A stretch of DNA of 64,000 nt from Eledone cirrhosa (Eukaryota). The notes below the pieces were generated by a model. That model ran no database searches, was not told the origin of the DNA, and saw only the letters and a program-made list of their open reading frames with translations. How positions within the stretch are numbered: position 1 is the stretch's first letter; every line of letters starts with the position of its first letter. A program made the translations under genes and the position numbers. Positions 52,402 to 64,000 of the stretch are shown piece after piece. The stretch spans positions 42,532,001 through 42,596,000 of the forward strand of contig OZ024741.1 in the NCBI GenBank assembly GCA_964016885.1, in the 5' to 3' direction.

Positions 52402-53030
52402 GTCAGGTCACCAGTTGGTGCTACTAATAACATGTATCCCAGTACAACCTGTCTTATGGTCGGGTCGTTGGCGACTAAACTGGAAACCCCACCAAGGTTT
52501 CTTGGTGAGGAGGGTGACTTTGGACATCCTGCAGGACTAAAAACAAAACCTATCAAAGGGCAAAGGAGCTCTTAAAAGTTAATGGCAATCCAAAATCACC
52601 GGGAGAGATGACCCCTTAGCCTTTGTCAAGGCAGAATTCTAGGAGAAGGAAAACTCTGATATAACACCTGCAACCCTGATGGTATCCAATGATGTTGACT
52701 TGTTCTTCTTTTTGGTAAATATCATCTTGGTTAAGAGAGTGGGACTGGCTTTGTGCAGTGCCTTTGCTCACTATAAAAGCTTCACGGCACAGGCATTGCT
52801 TTATATCTGGAGATCTCTCTGCACTTGTAATCACATGGTACCATGGGCCCAGCACTATGTGTCAATAATTGTCACAAGTGTAGTGTTTGTACCAGAGTTT
52901 TCAAGTCGCTGGCTGGACTAAAAAGTCACACTCGTTCAGCGCATCGGTAGGGGTTCTCCTACATGGATATAAAGTAGTGGCCGTACTCGAAAACGAGTTG
53001 GCAGCCACCATGTATGTATGTATGTGTGTA
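52402..53030 (+). mobile_element. Bipartite non-autonomous RTE derivative (5'UTR + extreme 3' end)
   Basis: 52640-52800 aligns with 48060-48240. 52873-52950 encodes HKCSVCTRVFKSLAGLKSHTRSAHR*. It has the same 3' stem-loop and (ATGT)n tail. Confidence 0.88.
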
Positions 53031-53119
53031 TGTATGTGTGTATGTATGTGTGTATGGATGGATGGATGTATATATATATATATATACATATACATCCATC
53101 CATCCATCCATACATTCAT

Positions 53120-53195
<76 letters not shown>

Positions 53196-53287
53196 GTATG
53201 TGTGTGTGTGTGTGTTTGTGTGTGTTTGTGTGTGTTTGTGGTTGGCCTTAATAAAATGAATATATACATATACATATATATTATTTA

Positions 53288-53328
53288 TTTCTACAGGACT
53301 GCTTCATTCCAAGGAAATCATCAGGAAA
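53288..53328 (-). ncRNA. Degenerate minimal HHR motif (family of 12594)
   Basis: Reverse complement reads tttc-CTGATGA-t.ttcc.tt.ggaa.t-GAAG-cagtcctg-TA-gaaa (GAAA changed to GAAG). Confidence 0.55.
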
Positions 53329-53403
53329 GTGAATAAGATCGGGGATCTTGTCAATCTATCAAAGCGATATGTGTGTCTGTGTAGCGTGTATGCACGTGCG
53401 TTT

Positions 53404-53443
<40 letters not shown>

Positions 53444-53584
53444 CGCTTTGATCTATTGACAAGATCCCCGACCTTATTCACTTGCCGAGTGGGGTGGACC
53501 TCATCAAATTGGACGAAGGAAACATTGTTTCCATTGGATATTCTATTGCTGATACTATCTATCGGTCTCAGCTCCTATCAGAAA

Positions 53585-53690
53585 AACAACGTGAAATAGA
53601 GTGTCTTGCTCAAGGACACAATGTCCGAGAATTGAACTTGCAACCTCATGATTGTGAATCCAGCTCTCTAGATACTAAGCCACGCGCCTT
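53585..53690 (-). mobile_element. tRNA-derived SINE 5' fragment
   Basis: Reverse complement reads aaggcgcgtggcttagt..agttcaattc..tgtgtccttgagcaagacact. Confidence 0.65.
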
Positions 53691-54140
53691 CCTGAAATAA
53701 GTACGTGTTGTATAGAAAATGTAAATATGTTTTAGTTGATATTCCTTCCGTATTGGTTTAGTTTTGGTTGATTCCATTTACTTTTATATTTGTTTACAGT
53801 ATTTTGTTTATGAGTCTATGTATATATTTAGATATTTAAAGCTGGTAATTACTAGTATCATCTATGTGTAAAGTATAACAAGCCCCCCCCCCCTCCTCAA
53901 TAAAAAAGCATATCTAGTTTACTTATTAAAACCTAAAAGAATGAAAAAAACACTACGGTCATAACTCAAAACTCAGTATGTATATAACTCAGTATGTACC
54001 ATGCTTTCACTAACGGTTTTTCTTACTCATGCCTTCACGAGACAAACCTTTTCCATCTGCCCTCATTTCATTTAGACATGGTTGATGGCGGTGGTGGGTA
54101 AGTTGCTGCACCAGGACTAGAGTTGTGCTTACGTTATTAC

Positions 54141-54240
54141 GTTAACTTTGCCTTTCATCCTTACGGGGTCGATAAAATAATGTACCAGTAATACACTTAG
54201 ATAATTGCTGACCTTGTGCCAAAAGTAGAAACAGTTATTA
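54141..54240 (+). mobile_element. SINE fragment (Nin/Deu-like domain)
   Basis: Near-identical to 20378-20478. Confidence 0.7.
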
Positions 54241-54697
54241 CGTAAAAGACATAGGGGATCTCGCTGGGATTCGAACAAAGAGTGTAAAGAGCTGAAACAA
54301 GTATCAAACGCTATAAAGACACTGCCAAATCGACCACCCTATTAGATTAGCCATTTGTTCAATGGCATTCAAATGTCTTTGGAATCTTGTTCTCCACGAA
54401 TAGTATCTATTAACGTTTCTACATTTAGTTGTGCTATTTTTTTAAGACTAAAATATTTTTGTCAAGATCCTCTCCTCTCTCTCTCTCTTTGATTTAGACA
54501 AGGATACAACAACGTTCTTAACAATGTAAACCACAATGAATACTCACAAATTAATCAAATGCACAAAACAAAGACGATAGACAGATGACGTTAATGTTAA
54601 CATTTGTAAAATCAATATTCTTTTCGCAAAATGCTTTTCGGGCTTTCTCCTCATAATGCAAGAAAAGAAATTAAAATGTAGCATTGTTTTTAAAATA

Positions 54698-55060
<363 letters not shown>

Positions 55061-55929
55061 ATAAACACATTCACATTCACAACCAGAATCCATAAAACAT
55101 TCATTGAGATGTTTGAAAAATTATATAAATTTCAAATTAAAACTTGCTTGCGGTATATATGTTTCAAGCAATTCAATAATGAGTTGGTTGGAAAAATGAA
55201 ATATCTTGTTTCTTTGATGAAAAATTCTAAAAAGACAAAAAACGAAACCAAAACCGAAAATAAAAAAAATAAGAACACACACGCGTACACACCACACATA
55301 CACTACACATACATCAACACGCCACACACGCACACAGACGCATAAACACCACACATTCACACGACACATGCACACACAAAATAATGAAATATTGTTTTAA
55401 GTCAACACAAGACAAAAAGTTGAGGGAAGCAGGATCATACTTTTCACATCTTCGAATTCGAAAAAAATACTAAATTTTGTAAAACTTGGCATATTATGAC
55501 ATATACTAGCTACCTAAAAATCATTTGAGCTTTTATTGCAAACTAAAAGGAAATTAATTGAAAATTGACAACTAAGCCACGAAGATTAAAATATGGCATC
55601 TTAAGAGTGACCAGAAATATACAGCTCCTAACCAGCTTCATCCATTAATCGTGTGCTGAAGGGATTTTATCCCGAAATATATGTATCAATAAAGAACTGC
55701 TAGGTAACATCCCACCAGCTTTATTATCGTCTTTTTAACATTTACCGGTCAATTTTAATTGTGCCAGCTTGAATACAAAACTACTTTCTGCACTTTATAC
55801 AATGCTTCAAGCAGACTGAAACACCTTATTCAAAGATTAGTTAGCAGCACTGAAAAGAAAGAAAGGAAAGCCACCTCACCGCCGTCCATGGTTAGTTATA
55901 GGTTTTGTAACCATAACTTAGGCTGTTGA

Positions 55930-56152
55930 ATCACAACAGGTTCATATGTGTGTCAATCTTCCCACACCATGCCACCAATGTTATCCAAGGGAAAGGAAAA
56001 AGCCGATAGAGCTTCGCACCAATATTATCGCTATTCATTTTTCCAGCAGAGTCCATTGCAATAACGTGAAATAGAGCCTTTGTCAGGGTTGTCCTGTCAG
56101 GAAACTAAATTCACAACCTTACGATTGTGAGCTGATCGCCCTAACTACTTAA
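55930..56152 (-). mobile_element. Degenerate tRNA-derived SINE
   Basis: aacgtgaaat..caaccttacgattgtgag..cctaactact, homologous to the 34144 and 53585 copies. Confidence 0.55.
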
Positions 56153-56184
56153 TCATGTGCCTTGATTCACAATCTTATATATAA

Positions 56185-57112
56185 CTAGCAGTGGTACCCG
56201 GCGTTGCGCGGGATAAGGTATGTTGGAACGCGAGCCGCCAACAGACGTAATCGTGGAAAAACTACATGCCTGGACAATATGTAAAGAAAATAAACCGAAT
56301 ACTCTGATGGCTGGATAATCTTTAAGATTTTCCTCGATGAAGGAGGAAAAATGCAGGTTTTCATCTAATGCGGGCCCCAAGGGATCAAGAAAAGGAATGT
56401 TTTTATGTGCATAATATGCCTTGAAATTTCGGGCAAATCGGCTAGACGTAACGCCTGAAAAAAGCCCTAAAAAGCTGAAGAAATTAAGTTTTTCACCTAA
56501 TGCCAAATGAAGTTTTTGATTTAGGCCATAAAAAAGGATTTTCTTTGCTCACGGTATGACGAAGAGACTGACTAATACATAGTTACAATTTCAAGGAAAT
56601 CTGTCTGACGTAACGCCTCAAAAGACCCATAAAAACCTGAAAACAAAACGCACTTTTTCACCTAATGCAGGCCCTAAGGGATCAAAAAGTTGAATTGTTT
56701 TATGTGCATAACACTATCTGAAACAAGTAATACACATGTAAAGTTTGAAAAATGTCGGTTGGGTACTTCTCGAGTTTTAGGGATTCAAACTCACAGACAC
56801 ACATCCACACACACACGCGCGCACGCACACACACACACACATACACAGATATCCTCAGGGAAGTGACGTAATGCAGACATCCAGACATACAGACAGATAT
56901 TATAAGGGCGCGACGTTATATGTATGTAGCTATCTAAAAAGAGAAAGACTATGAATTATAGAGAGAGATCGCTAAATCGCCTAATGCGGTCCCTAGAGCA
57001 TTAAAAATTTGAAATTCTTTTTGCTCAGAACATTCCCTGAAACATAAGTATTACATATGCTAAATTTGAAAACAGTCGGTTGGGCGCTTCTCGAGTTTTA
57101 GGGATTCACACA

Positions 57113-57194
<82 letters not shown>

Positions 57195-57216
57195 TCCTCA
57201 GTTTTATATATATAGA
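56185..57216 (-). mobile_element. Complete non-autonomous Helitron (1032 bp)
   Basis: Minus strand reads A|TCtatatatataaaactgagg ... hairpin cccgcgcaacgccggg ... CTAG|T. It has internal degenerate direct repeats and (CA)n. Confidence 0.9.
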
Positions 57217-57787
57217 TGATTGGAGAACTACGAGACTGTGTCAGGGATATTTTTTCTGAACACGTTATTAAAATATGTTGGAATAATTTGAATAAATCAT
57301 GAATGAATATTATGTAATGTATCTACTAAATTTCTTAGCTGTTGATTAAACATAAATATTTTATATATAATGATTGCTTATTTTAAGATTCACTTCTTTT
57401 AAAATTTTCAGATGTCAATACTTCCGGTTATGATATAATGTACACTATATCATATCGCGTATATAAACGTTCATATATTGCATCGTTATATCATAACGTT
57501 TATATTTCCGTCGGTAATTTTCTCCTTTTTCTTTTTCATTACATTTCGCCATAATGCAGTTTCAATATAATATTGTCTTTTTTAATGTATCATGAAATAC
57601 TTTACTGATTACAAAAGACAGTGTAACAATCTCTCTTCAATTTCTGTGCATATTGTCAATTACGATTTTATTTGACATATAATATGTACATGCATATCTA
57701 TTTGTGTATAATATCAATATGCACACTACACATCTTAGCAGAAAACCGCCCGAAGTGTGTTTTTTTCTGCTAGTACTCCTAATGTGA

Positions 57788-58468
57788 TGGTCTTCTTTTA
57801 GTCCATTGAGCGCTTGCCGCATATCTCGAACATTGCGTTTCGCTTTATTTTTGGCCACAGCCGAAATGCAATGTCACTGAAATTATATTTGTATTAATCT
57901 CCTGGGCCTAGCAATTCACTATTGACTAATTAATTGCTTAAGTTTTATTTAAAAACAACCCGGTCGAGTGCTTAATTCGATTTGTACAGTTTTTTGTAAT
58001 TCTTGCAATAATTTTACACATTCTGAATTTTTCCGCCAAAAGCGGGGTTACCTCCCTTGTAGGGTAAACACGTGGGGTAATCACTCCAACACTACTACTG
58101 CTAGGAACCCGCTCGCCGGCTGAGAACAAAATACCTGTTGACGAAATGGCAGCCTTGTTCGATCGTAATACCAAAAGCTTACAATGAAAGCAGGCAGTGT
58201 CACAGAAACCTTCCACTGGATTATACCATCAATTTCCAGGAGGTCCAGATAAATTCTTTTGTTTAACCTGTTTAGCTTGTTTCGTTTTTTCGGCCCCGGT
58301 GGCTATTGGCTTCATGACCGCCGTTTTCAGTTTGTTTGGCCTGTATAACGTATGTTAATTGCTCTGGTCTTCTTTTAGTCCATTGAGCGCTTGCCGCATG
58401 TCTCGAAAATTGCGTTTCGCTTTGTTTTTGACAGCTGAAATGCGATCTCGCTGAAATATATATATTTG
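57788..58468. repeat. ~100-bp direct repeats spaced 577 bp apart
   Basis: tggtcttcttttagtccattgagcgcttgccgcat.tctcgaa.attgcgtttcgcttt at 57788 and 58365. Confidence 0.8.
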
Positions 58469-60029
58469 AAGTTTTTCCAAATTGAAAGATGAGTATTTTA
58501 AACTTTATTTTATCATGAGTTAAGGCTCTATTGATTTTTCCATGGATTTCACTTAATTCTGTTTGAATTATTTTTCCCACATCTTACGTTAACTACTTTT
58601 CCCATTTTGACGCTATAGTCACTTATATATTATGGCATACTGTTGGCTTTTTGCTACAATGTTTTCTATACCTTTCATTTATATATTTATATATATATAT
58701 ATAACTAGGCTGCATTAACATTAGTTTACGTCGGGTAACTCCGAATACCTGGGATGTTAAATACCCCAAAACGTGTGTTTTTTAAAAATGGTAGTGATTG
58801 AAAATTTTGGAAATAGAATTGGAAGCTTTCACTAGAGAAAACAGTCTAATAATTGGGCATATGAACCCCATAAGGAAAAAAATGGGTATTAATACTTTAT
58901 AAATTGTGGTAAATATATTGTCCTGTGTGTTCTAGTATCTCGATCTCTCGTATTTATTTATTCATGTTTATTATTGCCACTGGAGGTAGTGCTCGTCACC
59001 TTTAGGCGCCGAAATTGTAAGCATTTCCATCAATAGCTGAAGATGGCAATTTGTGTCTGTTTTTCTTCGTTTTCGAGGGTTGTTTATGTTAAATTTCTTG
59101 ATCTCTCGCCTTTTTATGGATTTTTTTCTCTCCTTATTTTATAATCCTACATAATGTACATCATGGGAAAATGTGCCATCATGGTGCATGATAATTATGA
59201 TGATGATGATGATGATGATGATGAAAATAATGATGTCGTTGATGATGAAGATGGTGATTGCGCCGAGGAAATGGATGAGGGTGTGGATGAGAATAACATG
59301 AAGGTTATGATAGCGAGAAGATAGTTTATATCGTTAAACTACGACGTATTTTTCTGATATAATTTAGAATTATTTTAAAAACAATTTTAGTTTCTGCGAG
59401 AAGGAAACAAACAAATAAAAAGTCCTCCATTATCTATTATTGATATTTAGCATTTTTTTGTGGTGTATTTATTAAACATTGTTCACATTTGTATGTACAC
59501 AGAACCAAGGGACCAATCAACTAACCACGAAATAAACAAACAAGCCAACGAATCATTTGAGTTGAAGAATTAGTCGTAACTATGCTTGTTCGTAATCTTC
59601 TTGTTTATCCAAGATTTTTTCTGGAGGTTGTCCAAATTTATCAAAGAAAACCTCATTTGCCAATAGCGTTTTCTTCTTTCTTTTCTTTCTCGTCAGCATT
59701 CACTTTTAGCTATTGTGTTCCAAGAACAGTTGCCAATGTTTTTATCTCTAAAAACTGGCCTTGTTTCATTGTTGAATCAAAATAATATATTTTAGTGTTA
59801 TCTTAGTATTTTTTCGTGGTGTGATGGATTTAACTGATAAATTTCATCAGAAACAACGAGATTTCTTGCTCGCTAAATTATGTTTGGTTTTCGGGTCTTG
59901 CCTGAAAAGAATTTTTAAACTTTAACACTTCCTGTTTCAATTAATATCTCACTGTATACATTATAATTATTCTTCAATGGAAAGAAGTTTCTGACAATTA
60001 GTTTCAGAATTTATGTTTCTTCTTTGCAT

Positions 60030-60465
60030 ATTTGATGGTGATGAGGAGGTGCAGAAGGAAGCAGAGGATAATGATGATGATGATAATCCTGATGATGACG
60101 ATGGGAGTGGTGATGATGATGATGATGATGATGACGATGGGGGTGTTGATGATGATGATGATGGTGATGAAGATGAGAAGAATTTTGATTAGGCAAGAAG
60201 GTTTAGGATGATGATGATGTTGATGTTGATGAGGATGATATTATTGATGATGATAATGATGATGACGGTAGAGCTAGTGATGGTGATGTTGATGATGATG
60301 ATGATGATGATGATGATAACGATGATGATGACGATGATGATGATAATGACGATCATGACGATGATGATGATGATGACGATGATAATGTTGATAATGATGA
60401 TGAAGGTGATGATAATTATGAAGATGATGATAATAATGAAGATGATGGTAATGATGATGGTGGTG
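60030..60465. repeat. Degenerate (GAT)n microsatellite
   Basis: Seen directly. Confidence 0.9.
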
Positions 60466-60524
60466 AAAATGCGAAGGACTAGCATTAGACGAGAAGGCTG
60501 AGGATGAGGTTGATACTATTATTA

Positions 60525-60700
60525 TGGCAGAATCGCTAGAGGGTCGGATGCCCTGCTTTTCAGCATAGAGTTACCTGCCTTTATGATCTGAGTTCCGCCG
60601 AGGTTAGCTTTGCCTTTCATCTTTACGGGGTCGACAAAATAGAGTACCAGTAATGCACTGGTTAATTGCTGGCCTTGTGCCAAAAATAGAAACCATTATT
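60525..60700 (+). mobile_element. SINE (Nin/Deu-like family)
   Basis: tggcagaatcgctaga..ccgccgaggttagctttgcctttcatctttacggggtcgacaaaatagagtaccag. Confidence 0.72.
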
Positions 60701-61276
60701 ATTATTATGATGACGATGATGACCGTGGAGGTGATAATGATGATGAAGATGATATTGATCATGATAATGCTGCTGTTGATGGTGATGATGATGATGAGGA
60801 GGATGAGGAGGCGATGATGAGGAGGCGATGATTTGTGATACTGAAATCCGATTAATTTTCAGTATCATATTATCCCCCACCAAAATTAAGTCTCTGTTCA
60901 TCATCAATGCTTCATATATGTACTTGCATTAGTGTCCCAATATTTTATAATATCTAGGTAGTGGTTGCATGTTGTCCATGATGTTATTAGGCCTCCATAT
61001 ATCGCTTGGAGAGGTTGTGAGTTGGGATTTGTAGTGTCCTGCATAGGGAATCTAGTATCGTTTCCTGTATTATATCAATGTAAGTGCCGTGTGATATATA
61101 AACACATTGGTAGATTATATATCTCGCAAAGAATTGTTTGGAAACACCGTAGGGAAATACATAAATTTCGCATCTCATTGTCTCTGGTCATACAAATTAA
61201 TGGCTGTGTAACTTGTCAAAATATATTGCTGTTATCATAATAAAGTGAACTTGAATTTTATTGGTATTATTATCAT

Positions 61277-61380
61277 TTCTTCTTCTTCTTCTTCTTCTTC
61301 TTCTTCTTCTTCTTCTTCTTCTTCTTCTTCTTCTTCTTCTTCTTCTTCTTCTTCTTCTTCTTCTTCTTCTTCTTCTTCTT

Positions 61381-61467
<87 letters not shown>
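61277..61467. repeat. (TTC)n followed by (TTA)n microsatellite
   Basis: Seen directly. Confidence 0.95.
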
Positions 61468-61599
61468 TCTGCTATTGTTCTTTTTTATCTCAGAATCTTG
61501 AGAGAAATCTCTCAGGGATCTCTGAATCAAAACGAAAAACGAACGTATAAAAAGACAGAAATAAGATTTAGAAATAAAACACAGCAATGGGACAAAAAT

Positions 61600-63105
61600 A
61601 GGGAGAGATAGGGGTAGGGGAAGGAGAGAAAGAACGTGAAAGAGAGAGGGATATAGGGGGAGGCGGAGGGGGGGCGTGAAACAGAGAGGTAGAGAACGAG
61701 TATGAGAGAAAGGGGAGAGAGAGAACGTTTGAGAGAGAGAGAGAGAGGGGGTGAAAGATAACGAGATGGAGAGAGAGAAAGAGAGAGAGAGAAAGTGAGA
61801 GAGAAAGAGAGAGAGAGTGAAGGAGAGTGTGTGTGAGAGAGAAGATGTGTATGTGCGTGTATCAGAGACAGAGAGCAGGAGATAGAAAAAGAGTGAAGGA
61901 GGGAGAGAGAATAAAGGAGAGTGTGTGAGAGAGAAAAAGAGAGAGAATAAAGGAGAGTCTATGTGAGAGAGAGAAAGAGAGAGAGACTGAAGAGGAGTGT
62001 ATTTGAGAGAGAGAAAGAGAGAGTAAGTGAAGGGGAGTGTATGTGAGAGAGAAAGAGAGAGAGAGAGAGTGTGTGTGTGACAGTGTATGTAAGAGAGAGA
62101 ATGAGAGAAAGAGTGAAAGAGAATCAATGTGAGAGAGACAGAAAGTGTGTTTGTGTGTGTGAGAGAGAGAGAGATGGAGAGAGAGAAAGGGAATATGTGT
62201 GTGAGAGAGAGAATGTGTGTGTGTGTCTGTGTGAGTGTGTGTGTGCGTGTATGAGAGAGTGTGTGTATGTGTGTGTGTGTGAGAGAGAGAGTATGTGTGT
62301 GCGAGTGTATGTGCGTGATAACGAAAGACAGAAGAGAGGAGTACTTTTGTAAAAGAATAAATAAAATAGACAATAAGAAGTTAAAAGAGGAACAGAAAGA
62401 AATACAAACTGAAGGCTTATGTGTATGTAAGTGTAGGTGTGCTTATGTTGGTGTATGTTTATGTCTGACTTTACATATATGTACGATTGTGTGTGATTGT
62501 GTGTGAGGATATGTGCTTTGGGGTGTTTAAGGGTGTGTGCCTCTCTGAGTGTGTATGTGTTTCTTTATATGTGTTTGTGCATGCGTGTATGTGTGGGTGT
62601 CTGTTAGTATCTGGTTGTGCCTGCGCGTGTATGTGTATCTGTGTGTGTGTGTTTGTAAGTGTCTGGTTGTGATGCGTGTGTTTGTGTGTGTGTCTGTGTC
62701 GTTGTGCCTGCGTATGTATGTGTGTGTGTCTATGTGTGTGCGTGTGTCTGTAAGCGTCTGGTTGTGCTTGCGTGTGTATATGTGTGTTTGTGCGTGTGTC
62801 TGTAAGCGTCTAGTTGTGCTTGCATGTGTATGTGTGTGTGCGTGTGTCTTTAAGTGCCTCGTTGTGCATGCATGTATATATGTGTATATACATGTGTATA
62901 TGGGGAAATGTGTGTTTATGTATGTGTGTTTATAATAAGTGTCTGGTTGTGGATGCGTGTTTATGTGGATGCGTGCTTAGGCACGTTTATATGTGAGTAT
63001 GAGAATTTATGTATCTGTGTATGTACGTATGTGTTAGTGTGTATATGTCTGTATGGTGTGTATGTGTGCATGTGTGTGCGTATATATGTATGTCTGTGTG
63101 TGCAT
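61600..63105. repeat. Degenerate (GA)n / (TG)n low-complexity tract
   Basis: Seen directly. Confidence 0.85.
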
Positions 63106-63415
63106 GAGGAACTAACAGGCGGAAAATACACGAGATTCAATCAACGATAAAACCATACCTGATGATGTTTGTTGGAACATAACAAAACAATCTTTGAGAA
63201 GTTTGTAAGATTTAGTCTGTTGTAAAGAGATTGTCTTTGTTTGGCATCACATAAAAGATACAGTAAGTAAGTGATGAATATACATATATGTCGGGTGTAC
63301 TACTCTATTATGTATTCCTGCCGACATATATGTATATATCTATGTATATATGTATGTATGTACGTATGTATAGTAACGTACTAATATGCATATTGTTCGC
63401 AACTCCCGCTGGTTG

Positions 63416-63524
<109 letters not shown>

Positions 63525-63785
63525 CATTAACAAAGAAAGCCTTAAGCGATACTCTGATCAACTCCATCTCACTCAACAACCATTAGGATATACCTAAGTA
63601 TATTCCCAATTTAGTGTTTGGGGTGCTAACTAATCAGTATTTCGTGGATAGCTGGTTGTATTATTTTATATGAGACATAATTAAATAAATATCTCTTTCC
63701 TTCCAGACTGCCGTTTCGTTATAAGATTTCTACAATTTGGGATAAATAATTTCCAGGTTATGTAGAAACTTGTATATAATCCATA

Positions 63786-63837
<52 letters not shown>

Positions 63838-64000
63838 GGAGTTAAAGAAGATTCAATGAATACATCAAAGAATGATTTTTACAATAGATTGGAAGCAATC
63901 TACAATAGATATTTTACAGAGTTATTAATATTAATTCAAATATTAACAAAATAGATATTCTTGTGATCAATTAAATTTTATTATACATATTTCAAGGTCA

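Overview
This is a 64 kb AT-rich, microsatellite-saturated animal genomic window with no confidently identifiable host gene. The SINE, LINE and microsatellite content resembles an octopus genome (inference). Recognisable content: (i) a nearly complete Penelope-like element (PLE; Neptune-type RT + GIY-YIG, 39382-43224) whose two overlapping ORFs are joined by a T TTT TTA slippery site; (ii) an intact RTE-clade LINE ORF (1181 aa, three C-terminal C2H2 fingers), followed directly by a bipartite non-autonomous relative; (iii) fragments of other PLEs, CRE and Expander-type LINEs; (iv) two non-autonomous Helitrons; (v) tRNA-derived SINEs; (vi) a 7.5 kb 13/15-mer satellite with higher-order repeats. 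The most striking signal is a set of non-coding PLE-type elements inserted in (TA)n. They share an 'inverted arm + tailed arm' architecture and a common ATTGAGT tail motif, and carry more than a dozen type I hammerhead ribozyme (HHR) motifs. Several HHRs have greatly enlarged domain II insertions that hold a candidate intron in one group and a candidate TATA/Inr promoter in another. All alignments and base-pairings were read by eye; boundaries inside microsatellites are approximate.
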